Below, piece after piece: positions 8,955-17,930 of a DNA stretch of 54,244 nucleotides. The translations under genes and the position numbers were made by a program. The DNA is from a virus (taxonomy: Duplodnaviria > Caudoviricetes): positions 1 to 54,244 of the IMG/VR virus record IMGVR_UViG_3300025646_000052; one strand, 5' to 3'. Positions within the stretch are counted from its first letter, which is position 1. Every line of letters begins with the position of its first letter. The notes below the pieces were generated by a model. It did not search any database and was not told where the DNA came from. It saw only the letters and a program-made list of their open reading frames with translations.

Positions 8955-10522
8955 GCGAACCTAATTTAAGACATATAATTCAACAAGAGTACATAAAATG
9001 TGCCCAAGATCCGGTGCATTTTATGAACAAATATTGTTATATTCAACACCCACAACGAGGTCGTATTTTATTTAATCTTTATCCATTCCAAGGTAAAGTA
9101 CTTCATTTATGGAGAGACAATCCATATTCTGTAGTACTTAAATCCCGTCAGTTAGGTATCTCAACTTTAGCTGCAGGTTATTCTTTATGGTTAATGCTAT
9201 TCCATAAAGATAAAAACGTACTCTGTATTGCGACAAAGCAAGAAACAGCTAAAAACATGGTAACTAAAGTACGTTTCATGTATGATAATCTACCCAGTTG
9301 GCTTAAAATAGACACTATAGAAAATAACAGATTATCACTTCGATTAAGTAATGGATCTCAAATTAAAGCAGTAGCAGCAAGTAGTGATGCAGGTCGTTCA
9401 GAAGCAGTTTCTCTTCTACTAATTGACGAGGCAGCGTTTATTGAACAGATTGGTGAAATTTGGGCTTCAGCTCAACAAACCCTAGCAACTGGTGGTGGTG
9501 CTATTGTATTATCTACTCCTTATGGTACAGGTAACTGGTTTCATCAAACATGGATGAGAGCAGAATCAGCTGAAAATGATTTTTTACCAATTAAATTACC
9601 TTGGTATGTTCACCCTGAAAGAAATGAGGAATGGAGAAAACGACAAGATGAATTATTAGGTGATCCTAGATTAGCAGCACAAGAATGTGACTGTGACTTT
9701 AGTACTTCTGGAGATACTGTATTTTACTCTGAGTGGATTGAATTTATAGAAACTACCACTGTAAAAGAACCTATGGAACGTAGAGGTGCTGATAAAAATC
9801 TTTGGGTATGGGAACCAGCTGATTATAGTAGAGACTATATGGTGGTAGCTGACGTTGCTCGAGGTGATGGTAAAGACTTTTCAGCTGCTCATGTAATTGA
9901 CATTGCAACTAATACACAAGTTGCTGAATATAAAGGTCAATTACCACCTAAAGAATTTGGTTTATTTTTAATTGGTTTAGCTTCTGAGTATAATCAAGCA
10001 TTATTAGTAGTAGAAAACGCCTCAGTAGGGTGGGCTACTATAGAATTAATTATGGAAAATGGATATCGCAACTTTTATTCATCTCCTAAAAGTGACCAAG
10101 TTACAGCTGAATCATATTTTAGTAGATATGAATTTGGAAGTAATACAACTCCTGGATTTACTATGTCACTCCGTACAAGACCCCTTGTCATTAATAAAAT
10201 GAGAGAGTATATTGGTGATAGAAGTGTAAATATTCAATCTAAAAGATTGTTAGAGGAAATGAAAGTATTTGTTTGGAGAAACGGAAGACCAGAAGCCCAA
10301 CCAGGCTATAATGATGACTTGGTTATGTCATTTGGGATTGGTATGTTTCTACGAGATACATCACTTAAATTTCAACAACAAGGATTAGATATGACTAGAG
10401 CTGCTTTAAATAATATAAGTAAACCTAATTCCCCTAGTGGTGTATATAGTCGAATTGGAGCAGCTAATCCATACATGCAAGAAATTAAGGGTCAACAAGA
10501 AGACATTACATGGCTTTTGTAA
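8951..10522 (+). CDS. terL: Terminase large subunit (T4 gp17-like)
   Basis: LYPFQ, Walker A KSRQLGIST, Walker B LLLIDEAAF, LSTPYG, nuclease ADVARGDGKDFS and DDLVMS. Confidence 0.95.
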   Translation: MSEPNLRHIIQQEYIKCAQDPVHFMNKYCYIQHPQRGRILFNLYPFQGKVLHLWRDNPYSVVLKSRQLGISTLAAGYSLWLMLFHKDKNVLCIATKQETAKNMVTKVRFMYDNLPSWLKIDTIENNRLSLRLSNGSQIKAVAASSDAGRSEAVSLLLIDEAAFIEQIGEIWASAQQTLATGGGAIVLSTPYGTGNWFHQTWMRAESAENDFLPIKLPWYVHPERNEEWRKRQDELLGDPRLAAQECDCDFSTSGDTVFYSEWIEFIETTTVKEPMERRGADKNLWVWEPADYSRDYMVVADVARGDGKDFSAAHVIDIATNTQVAEYKGQLPPKEFGLFLIGLASEYNQALLVVENASVGWATIELIMENGYRNFYSSPKSDQVTAESYFSRYEFGSNTTPGFTMSLRTRPLVINKMREYIGDRSVNIQSKRLLEEMKVFVWRNGRPEAQPGYNDDLVMSFGIGMFLRDTSLKFQQQGLDMTRAALNNISKPNSPSGVYSRIGAANPYMQEIKGQQEDITWLL

Positions 10523-10530
10523 TATTTATA
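10522..10530 (+). promoter_or_regulatory. Putative late promoter motif ATATTTATA
   Basis: Intergenic, before the portal gene. Confidence 0.6.
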
Positions 10531-10549
10531 AGATATAATTAGATAAAAA

Positions 10550-12394
10550 ATGGCTGATACTAGCATATTCTCAAGATTAAGAAGATTATTCTCTACAGAC
10601 GTAGTAATTCGTAATGTAGGAGGAAACCAGCTCAAGGTAATTGATACAGATAGAATCCAAACTACAGGAGAATATGCTACCAATTCTTTAATTGATAGAT
10701 TTGGTAAATTATACATTAACCCTTCTGCAACTTCTTTAGCAGCAGCACAGTTTAATATGAACTGGCAATACCTTAGAACAATGATCTATTCAGATTATGA
10801 TTCTATGGATGCTGATGCTATTATTGCTTCTGCACTTGACATTGTAGCTGATGAGTGTACTTTAAAAAATGATTTAGGAGAAGTACTTCAAATTAGAAGT
10901 AGTGATGAAAGTATCCAAAAGATTCTTTATAATCTATTTTACGATGTACTAAATATTGAATTTAATTTATGGTCGTGGACTCGCCAAATGTGTAAATATG
11001 GTGACTTTTTCTTAAAACTAGAAATAGCTGAAAAGTTTGGGGTATACAATGTAATCCCTTATTCAGCTTACCATATCCAAAGACGTGAAAATTTTGACCC
11101 TAAAAACCCTTCAAAAGTTCAATTCTTATATAACGCAGATGGTTATTACTCTAACCCTTCTGGTTATTATGCTACTCCAAACTCAAAACCTTTAGCTAAT
11201 GAAATAGTATTTGATAACTATGAAATGGCTCACTTCCGCCTTTTATCTGATACTAATTATCTTCCATATGGTCGTTCATATATTGAACCAGCTCGTCGCC
11301 TTTACAAACAATATGTGTTAATGGAAGACGCAATGTTAATTCACAGAATTGTTCGTGCCCCAGAAAAAAGAGTTTTCTATGTAAATGTTGGTAATATTCC
11401 ACCTCAAGAAGTAGAACAATTTATGCAGAAAACTATGACGCAAATGAAACGCGCTCCTTATATAGATGAACAAACTGGTGAATACAACCTCAAGTATAAT
11501 ATGATGAACATGCTTGAAGATTTCTACATCCCAGTTAGAGGTAATGACCAAGCAACCAAAATTGATACTACTCCTGGATTACAATATGATGGAATTCAAG
11601 ACGTTGAATACTTAAGAGAAAAATTATTTGCAGCTCTTAAGGTGCCTAAAGCCTTTATGGGTTACGATGAAAATTTACAAGGTAAAGCTACATTAGCAGC
11701 TGAAGATATTCGTTTCGGTCGTACAATTGACCGTATTCAACGTATTTTACTTTCAGAACTTTATAAAATTGCTTTAGTTCACTTATATGTTCAAGGATTT
11801 GAAGGTGAACAAATGACTAATTTTGAGCTTAAATTAACTACTCCTTCTATCATTTACGATCAGGAAAAGATCGCATTAATGAAAGAAAAAGTAGATTTAG
11901 CTGCTCAAATTATGGAAAATAAGTTGCTTCCTACTGATTGGATTTATGATAATATTTTCCATTTTAGTGAAAATGAATATGAAGAATATAGAGATCTTCT
12001 TGTTCAAGATCAAAAACGTAGATTCCGTATGACCCAAATTGAAACTGAAGGTAATGACCCAATCACTACAGGACGTTCATATGGTACCCCACATGATTTA
12101 GCTTCATTATATGGTAAAGGCAGAATGGAAACCGACCCAGGTAATGTACCTGATGGTTATAATGAAAAAGCTCCTTTAGGTCGCCCACAAGAAAAAGCAT
12201 CAAATATTAATACTCAAGATAATGCTTTTGGTCGTGATCGTTTAGGTAAAAAAGATATGAGAACTGACGATCAACCCGGATTAAAAGAAGATGCGTCTTC
12301 TAATTACAATAAAAATAAGTCTTTGTTAGAAAGTTTAGGTGAAAAATTTAATACTCATCCACTACTAGACGAATCTAACATTAGGGAACAGTAA
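10550..12394 (+). CDS. Portal protein (T4 gp20-like)
   Basis: LMEDAMLIHRIVRAPEKRVFYVNVGNIP, MLEDFYIPVRG, IDTTPG, KLFAALKVP. Confidence 0.95.
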   Translation: MADTSIFSRLRRLFSTDVVIRNVGGNQLKVIDTDRIQTTGEYATNSLIDRFGKLYINPSATSLAAAQFNMNWQYLRTMIYSDYDSMDADAIIASALDIVADECTLKNDLGEVLQIRSSDESIQKILYNLFYDVLNIEFNLWSWTRQMCKYGDFFLKLEIAEKFGVYNVIPYSAYHIQRRENFDPKNPSKVQFLYNADGYYSNPSGYYATPNSKPLANEIVFDNYEMAHFRLLSDTNYLPYGRSYIEPARRLYKQYVLMEDAMLIHRIVRAPEKRVFYVNVGNIPPQEVEQFMQKTMTQMKRAPYIDEQTGEYNLKYNMMNMLEDFYIPVRGNDQATKIDTTPGLQYDGIQDVEYLREKLFAALKVPKAFMGYDENLQGKATLAAEDIRFGRTIDRIQRILLSELYKIALVHLYVQGFEGEQMTNFELKLTTPSIIYDQEKIALMKEKVDLAAQIMENKLLPTDWIYDNIFHFSENEYEEYRDLLVQDQKRRFRMTQIETEGNDPITTGRSYGTPHDLASLYGKGRMETDPGNVPDGYNEKAPLGRPQEKASNINTQDNAFGRDRLGKKDMRTDDQPGLKEDASSNYNKNKSLLESLGEKFNTHPLLDESNIREQ

Positions 12395-12401
12395 TCTTGA
12401 T

Positions 12402-12410
12402 ATATTTATA
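12402..12410 (+). promoter_or_regulatory. Putative late promoter motif ATATTTATA
   Basis: Intergenic, before 12427. Confidence 0.6.
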
Positions 12411-12426
12411 ACAAAACCTACTGGGA

Positions 12427-13293
12427 ATGAATATCAAACATTCAAAATATAAAAATACGGGCATTATCTTTGAACTTTTAGTTCGTAGAGTAACTTCAGA
12501 TACTCTAAGTGGTGATGCATCTCCCGCATTAAATATTATTAAAAAGTTTTTTGTTAAAAGCGAATTAAGTAAAGAATATAAATTATACGAAACTCTTACT
12601 AAAAAAACTTCTTTATCTGAACAACATTCTAATTTTTTAATTACTAGTTTATTAGATGCTTCTAAAAGATTAAATAAAAGTATTTTAAGAAGAGAAAAAT
12701 ATAACTTAATTAATGAAATTAAAAAACATTATAATTTAGAAGAATTTTTTAAAACTAAATTACCACATTATAAAACATTCGCTGCTTTTTATACTTTAAC
12801 AGAATTAGAAACCAATCTTAATATTATCAACCCTGATCAAATTGTATCTAATAAAGTAACTTTACTAGAACATTTAACATCTAAACCAGTTGATAAAAAA
12901 GATGTTGAAAATTCATTACTTAAAGAATTTGAATCTTATGATAAAGATGTAAGAATGCTTACTTATAAAATTTTACTTGAAAAATTTAATGGCAAGTATT
13001 CTAATTTATATGATTCTCAAAAAGAAATTTTAAGACAATATATCAACTCAGTAGATTCTACTCCTGTATTAAAAGAATTTTATAATTCTAAAGTAGGAGA
13101 AGTTAAAATTGCTTTAACTGAGTTAAATAAACAGGTTACTGACAGAGCTGTCCAAATCAAAATTAACGAAGTTACTAGCTTAATTACTGAGCTAGGTAAA
13201 ACTGATAAAGTATCAAGTGAAGATATTGTTAATATTCTTCAATATTTTGAACTTTATGAAGAATTGAAAGCAGCAAATGAAGCCGGTAAATGA
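12427..13293 (+). CDS. Helical hypothetical head-morphogenesis protein
   Basis: 288-aa ORF (IKHSKYKNTGIIFELL) between portal and protease; function inferred from position only. Confidence 0.6.
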   Translation: MNIKHSKYKNTGIIFELLVRRVTSDTLSGDASPALNIIKKFFVKSELSKEYKLYETLTKKTSLSEQHSNFLITSLLDASKRLNKSILRREKYNLINEIKKHYNLEEFFKTKLPHYKTFAAFYTLTELETNLNIINPDQIVSNKVTLLEHLTSKPVDKKDVENSLLKEFESYDKDVRMLTYKILLEKFNGKYSNLYDSQKEILRQYINSVDSTPVLKEFYNSKVGEVKIALTELNKQVTDRAVQIKINEVTSLITELGKTDKVSSEDIVNILQYFELYEELKAANEAGK

Positions 13294-13816
13294 ATTTAAA
13301 GTAGGAGACGTAACAGTTAAAGGTGGTATTAAAACCACAGTAACTGATGTTGACCCACAAACTGGAGCAGTAGAATGGGATATTGAATACGCTGCTGATT
13401 ATCTTAAATTATACCAACAAGTTCAACAGTTATTTAAAACTGTAGATAAAGCAGCTAGACACTCTAATGCTGAGCCTTTTATTAAAGATTGGGGGCAAGA
13501 TGTCCGCAATTTAAGAAATTCACTTAGAACTTACTTACGTAATAATAAATCTGAAGAGTATAATCGTGTTAAAAACGTACACGAAATGTCCTTATCAGGA
13601 GAAGCTGGTGGGTATTTATCCAAAAATGCTTTTGAAAAAGATCAAGAATTAAAAGAATCTAACCCAGGTTCTACTTTAGGCCCAGGTCCAAAAGCAAATG
13701 AAGATGGTGTTAAAGATAATGCTTATGTTAAACAATTTAAATATAAACTTGTTAATAAAAAAGCGTTAAATAAACAAGCCAAAGGTATTGAAGTTAAACA
13801 TTTATGGGGTAAGTAA
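13277..13816 (+). CDS. Hypothetical protein, probable prohead/internal protein
   Basis: VNE, VHE and LKE sites; head gene cluster. Confidence 0.6.
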   Translation: MKPVNEFKVGDVTVKGGIKTTVTDVDPQTGAVEWDIEYAADYLKLYQQVQQLFKTVDKAARHSNAEPFIKDWGQDVRNLRNSLRTYLRNNKSEEYNRVKNVHEMSLSGEAGGYLSKNAFEKDQELKESNPGSTLGPGPKANEDGVKDNAYVKQFKYKLVNKKALNKQAKGIEVKHLWGK

Positions 13817-13818
13817 AT

Positions 13819-14073
13819 ATGTATAAGTATCGATATAAATTAAAAGTAAACGAAGCCGACCCAGGTCGCGCTCAATTCCAAGAAAGACGTATGCAAGCTT
13901 TTAAGGAAATTGAAGCTCGTATAAATAATTTATATCCTTTGTTAGATAATGCCGCTGATGAAACAGCAAATTACTACAAAGAAAACCCTCAGTCGTATGC
14001 TGTTGTATACGGAACTGATTTAATTTTAGACTTAATAAAAGATATTGAAACAATATTAAAAGGAGACGAATGA
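13819..14073 (+). CDS. Small hypothetical protein
   Basis: 84-aa ORF coupled to its neighbours; leader MYKYRYKLKVNE. Confidence 0.6.
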   Translation: MYKYRYKLKVNEADPGRAQFQERRMQAFKEIEARINNLYPLLDNAADETANYYKENPQSYAVVYGTDLILDLIKDIETILKGDE

Positions 14074-15140
14074 AAACTTTACAAGAACAATATAACTTAA
14101 TCCAAGAAGGAAAAGGGCACGTAGATGTGTTCATGAAATCTGCTCGTAGATTATTCCCTGAATATGTTACTAATTTTGCTACATATAATGAAGCTAGTAC
14201 TATTCTTAAACAAAAAGGTATCCTTAGTGAGGGAATTGGTGGTATTGTTACCTCTAAATCAGCTAATCCTTTTATTAATTGGTCTCAATTCTTAAACGAA
14301 GAAGCTAAAGCAGAAGAAAAAAATCCTACTAAAGAAGTTACTGATATGGAAACTCGTGACTTCGATTATAAGGATAAGAAAAACATTGATAACGTATATG
14401 GTCAAGAGTTTTTAGAAGGCTACTATGCTGAAATGAAAGACCCTAAAAACGAAAAGAAAACTGTAGACGAATTAAAAGCTATCGTAGCTAAAAACTTAGC
14501 TAAAGATGCTACATATTATACTACTAACCAAGCCTTTGGAATTAAAGGCATTGGTTATACTCAAGATCACCCTGGTTTAGGCTCTACCAAAGAAGTAAAG
14601 GGCAAATATGCATCATCAGGTATGGAACCTGTGAAAATCAAAGAAGACATGATTAAATTAACAGACTTACTTAACGAAGGTATTGGCGGTTATGTTGATA
14701 TTCGCCCTGCTGGAATGGCTCCTAATGTTCAATTAAATGAAAAAGAAGACCAAGAAGAAAAGTACGTAGGCGACGATGAAAAGTACGAATACGAAAAAGG
14801 TAAAAAAGCCGGCGAAAAAGAAGAAAAAGAAAAAATCAAAAAAGAAGGTTTAGAGCATCGTCTTAAAGAAATCGAAAGTGCTGGTAATGTAGCTGCTTTA
14901 GAAGCTAAAATAAATGCTATCGACGAAGAAATCGTTGCCCGTGAAGGTAAATTATCTATGGTCCAAGAAAACGATGCCATTGCTGAATTTATCAACCCAG
15001 CTCGTATTAAAGAAATTCAACGTGAAATTAAAGCTTTAGAAGGTGCTAAAACTAAATACGGTAAAATGTATGAAAAAATGTGCGGTAAAGCTTATGTTAA
15101 AAAAGAAGTTGTAGACGAAACTGACGAGTCAGCATATTAA
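14070..15140 (+). CDS. Charged hypothetical protein, probable prohead core/internal protein
   Basis: Many L/I-x-E sites (LQE, IQE, LSE, LNE x3, IKE); C-terminal coiled coil; precedes the protease gene. Confidence 0.6.
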   Translation: MKTLQEQYNLIQEGKGHVDVFMKSARRLFPEYVTNFATYNEASTILKQKGILSEGIGGIVTSKSANPFINWSQFLNEEAKAEEKNPTKEVTDMETRDFDYKDKKNIDNVYGQEFLEGYYAEMKDPKNEKKTVDELKAIVAKNLAKDATYYTTNQAFGIKGIGYTQDHPGLGSTKEVKGKYASSGMEPVKIKEDMIKLTDLLNEGIGGYVDIRPAGMAPNVQLNEKEDQEEKYVGDDEKYEYEKGKKAGEKEEKEKIKKEGLEHRLKEIESAGNVAALEAKINAIDEEIVAREGKLSMVQENDAIAEFINPARIKEIQREIKALEGAKTKYGKMYEKMCGKAYVKKEVVDETDESAY

Positions 15141-15141
15141 A

Positions 15142-15744
15142 ATGAAACAAGTACTTATTGAAACTCAACTCTTTAAAGCTAACCCTGTATCTTTAACAGA
15201 GGGTAAGCTTTCTGAGCGTGGTAATCCTATAGTAGAAGGTATTTTAGCAACTGCCGAAGTTAAAAACGGTAACGGTCGCTATTATGCTAAAGATTTATGG
15301 GAAAGAGAAATCGATAAGTACATGGAATCGGTTAAACAAAAAAGAGCATTAGGCGAATTAGACCACCCAGAATCATCTATTATTAACCTTAAAAATGTAT
15401 CTCATAACATCACTGATATGTGGTGGGATGGAGATCATGTATGTGGTAAAATTGAAATCTTACCTACACCAAGTGGTAATATTTTAAAAGCACTTATTGA
15501 CAATGGTATTCAAGTAGGTGTTTCATCACGTGGTATGGGTTCATTAAAGCAAATGGGTGAAGTATTAGAAGTTCAAGACGACTTCGAATTATTATGTTGG
15601 GACTTTGTTTCAACACCATCCAACCCAGGTTCATATATGCACGTAATTAAGGAAGGTAAAGAGCACTTAGTTAATTCCTATTTTAAAGTAAATTCAATTG
15701 TTACTGAAATTTTATGTTCAAACGGCAGTTGTCCAATTATTTAA
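15142..15744 (+). CDS. Prohead protease (T4 gp21-like)
   Basis: KNGNGRYY, ALGELDHP (His), GVSSRGMGS (Ser), DFVSTPS. Confidence 0.95.
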   Translation: MKQVLIETQLFKANPVSLTEGKLSERGNPIVEGILATAEVKNGNGRYYAKDLWEREIDKYMESVKQKRALGELDHPESSIINLKNVSHNITDMWWDGDHVCGKIEILPTPSGNILKALIDNGIQVGVSSRGMGSLKQMGEVLEVQDDFELLCWDFVSTPSNPGSYMHVIKEGKEHLVNSYFKVNSIVTEILCSNGSCPII

Positions 15745-15747
15745 ACT

Positions 15748-16569
15748 ATGAAATTTGATTTAATTAAATACTTATCTAATAATCCTCTTCTTCAAGAAGC
15801 TGAAGCAGAAGATTTAGCTACTTCTTTTAAAAAAGATGTTCCTTCATTTAGAGATGATTTAGCTAAATATATGGCGGACCCAAAAGTTAAAGCTATTCTT
15901 AAAGGTGGATTAGCAGATGGAGACCCAGATGATGATAAATTACCATACAGTACTACTACGGTTGCCGTTAAAAAACTTATCCCCACCCAAAAAGAAATTG
16001 GATTTGATCAAAGTATCCAAAATTTATTAGACGATAAGTATGGTAGTTTAGATAGCATTTTAGCTGGAAATGCTAATGTAGGAGGTCCTATTGTAATTTA
16101 CGCTGGTAAATATGTTATTGATGGTCACCATAGATGGAGTCAAGTATATGCAGGAAACCCTAAAGCTAATATGCAAGCTTTAGATATTAAGCCTAAACAA
16201 GGTTTCCAACCTCAAGATGTATTAAAAGCTGTTCATGGAGCTGTAGCTGCTGAATTAGATAAAGTTCCTGCTTCTAACCCTAAAGGAATTAACATTATGA
16301 CTGGTGTTAACTATGAAGGAGTATTAGGTAAAGTTCAAAAATATTTAACAGAACCTGCAGCAGCTGTATGGGCTAAATATGGATTTGACTCCCCAGAAAA
16401 AGTTGCAAAACAACTATATCAAAATTTAGAGCAAATAGTTAAAAATGGTCACATAGCAATGGCACCAGGTCGTATTGATATGCCTCAAACCGATGGCGAG
16501 GGTAGTAAGTCTCAAGACAAAATGAATGCTTTAGCTAAAGGTCAAATTAACATTACAGAACCATTTTAA
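15748..16569 (+). CDS. ParB/Srx-fold protein with cleavable leader
   Basis: LIPTQ...PIVI...YVIDGHHRWS; leader MKFDLIKYLSNNPLLQE-AE. Confidence 0.7.
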   Translation: MKFDLIKYLSNNPLLQEAEAEDLATSFKKDVPSFRDDLAKYMADPKVKAILKGGLADGDPDDDKLPYSTTTVAVKKLIPTQKEIGFDQSIQNLLDDKYGSLDSILAGNANVGGPIVIYAGKYVIDGHHRWSQVYAGNPKANMQALDIKPKQGFQPQDVLKAVHGAVAAELDKVPASNPKGINIMTGVNYEGVLGKVQKYLTEPAAAVWAKYGFDSPEKVAKQLYQNLEQIVKNGHIAMAPGRIDMPQTDGEGSKSQDKMNALAKGQINITEPF

Positions 16570-16599
16570 ACAATATTTAAGAAGCCTGCTACCTTAGGC

Positions 16600-16625
16600 A
16601 AGGTCCCCGAAAGGGGGCCTTTTTT
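16600..16625 (+). terminator. Rho-independent terminator
   Basis: AAGGTCCCC-GAAA-GGGGGCCTT followed by a T-run. Confidence 0.85.
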
Positions 16626-16644
16626 ATTTTTATAAAATCTATAC

Positions 16645-16653
16645 ATATGTATA
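16645..16653 (+). promoter_or_regulatory. Putative late promoter variant ATATGTATA
   Basis: One mismatch to the consensus; directly after a terminator and upstream of scaffold/capsid. Confidence 0.5.
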
Positions 16654-16749
16654 GACATAATATACTATTTACATATAGTATTAATTTTAAATTTATCTAT
16701 ATTACGATTCTTAAATAATCGTAACCCCCAAACAAAAATTTTGAGGAAA

Positions 16750-17901
16750 ATGACAAACAGAGAAATGCTTGCTGAAGCAATCGCTGATGCAAAAGCTGTT
16801 AAAGAAACTGCTATTGCAAATGCAAAGGCTGCTTTAGAAGAAGCTTTTACTCCTTACCTTAAAGAAAAATTTTCTGCTAAATTGCAAGAAATGGACGAAG
16901 AAGAGGAAGTAAAAGAAATGAAGCACAGCAAAGATGAAGTTAAAGAAGAAACTTCTGAGCCTCATGGTAATATTGGAGAGAAAACTCCTGAAGGTGAGCC
17001 TTTAGGTTTTCTTGAAGAAGAAGACATGGACGAAGAAATGGATTTAGACGAAATCTTAGCTGAACTCGATGGAATGGATGAGGCCGAAGAAGAGGAAGAA
17101 GTTGAAGTTGACGCTGAAGAAGAAGGCGAAGGCGAAGAAATGGAAGACGAAGATATCGACCTTGAAGAGATGTCAGAAGACGATCTCAAATCATTCATCG
17201 AAGACGTAATCCGCGATATGGTTGGTTCTGGTGAGTTAGAAGCTGGTGAAGAATTCGAAATGGAAGACGACATGGAAATGGACGGCGAAATGGAAGATGA
17301 AGAATCAGTTGAAGACGAAGTAGAAGTAGACGAAATCATGGAAGGAGAAGAAGAGATTGAAGAAGGTTTAGGTGACAAGTTAAACAAAGTAATCCAAAGA
17401 ATGAAAGACAACGCCGCTGCTGGCCGTCCTTTAATCGACGATGAAATGTTTAAGTTTGTAGATAAGGCCGATTTATTACCTCCTGGATTAGTATCTAAAG
17501 GTATGGAAAAATCAGGCGCTGGTAGAACTTCATCAATTGGTGAAACAGAAGAAAGGGACGAAATGAAGAAAGAAATCGACGAACTAAAAGCCGATCTTCA
17601 AGAAGTTAACCTTCTTAACGCTAAACTTCTTTATGTAAATAAGATTTTTGGGTCTAAGAACTTATCTGAGTCTCAAAAAGTAAAAGTATTGGAAGCTTTT
17701 GATAAAGCTAAATCAACAACTGAAGCAAAACTTGTATTTGAAACTATCAATGAAAACACAAGCTCTACAACTCGTGTAAACGAATCAGTAAGAGGAATGG
17801 CTTCTAAAGTTATTGGTACTACAGCTCCAACAAAACAACCAATTCTCGAAGTAAACGAGCAATTTGCAAGATGGCAAGTTCTCGCTGGTATTAAAAAATA
17901 A
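16750..17901 (+). CDS. Prohead scaffolding/core protein (T4 gp22-like position)
   Basis: Very acidic, coiled-coil ends, directly upstream of the capsid gene, C-terminal RWQVLAGIKK. ATG at 16750 preferred over TTG at 16741. Confidence 0.8.
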   Translation: MTNREMLAEAIADAKAVKETAIANAKAALEEAFTPYLKEKFSAKLQEMDEEEEVKEMKHSKDEVKEETSEPHGNIGEKTPEGEPLGFLEEEDMDEEMDLDEILAELDGMDEAEEEEEVEVDAEEEGEGEEMEDEDIDLEEMSEDDLKSFIEDVIRDMVGSGELEAGEEFEMEDDMEMDGEMEDEESVEDEVEVDEIMEGEEEIEEGLGDKLNKVIQRMKDNAAAGRPLIDDEMFKFVDKADLLPPGLVSKGMEKSGAGRTSSIGETEERDEMKKEIDELKADLQEVNLLNAKLLYVNKIFGSKNLSESQKVKVLEAFDKAKSTTEAKLVFETINENTSSTTRVNESVRGMASKVIGTTAPTKQPILEVNEQFARWQVLAGIKK

Positions 17902-17930
17902 AAATTAATTTAAAACAACTCTAAAACACT

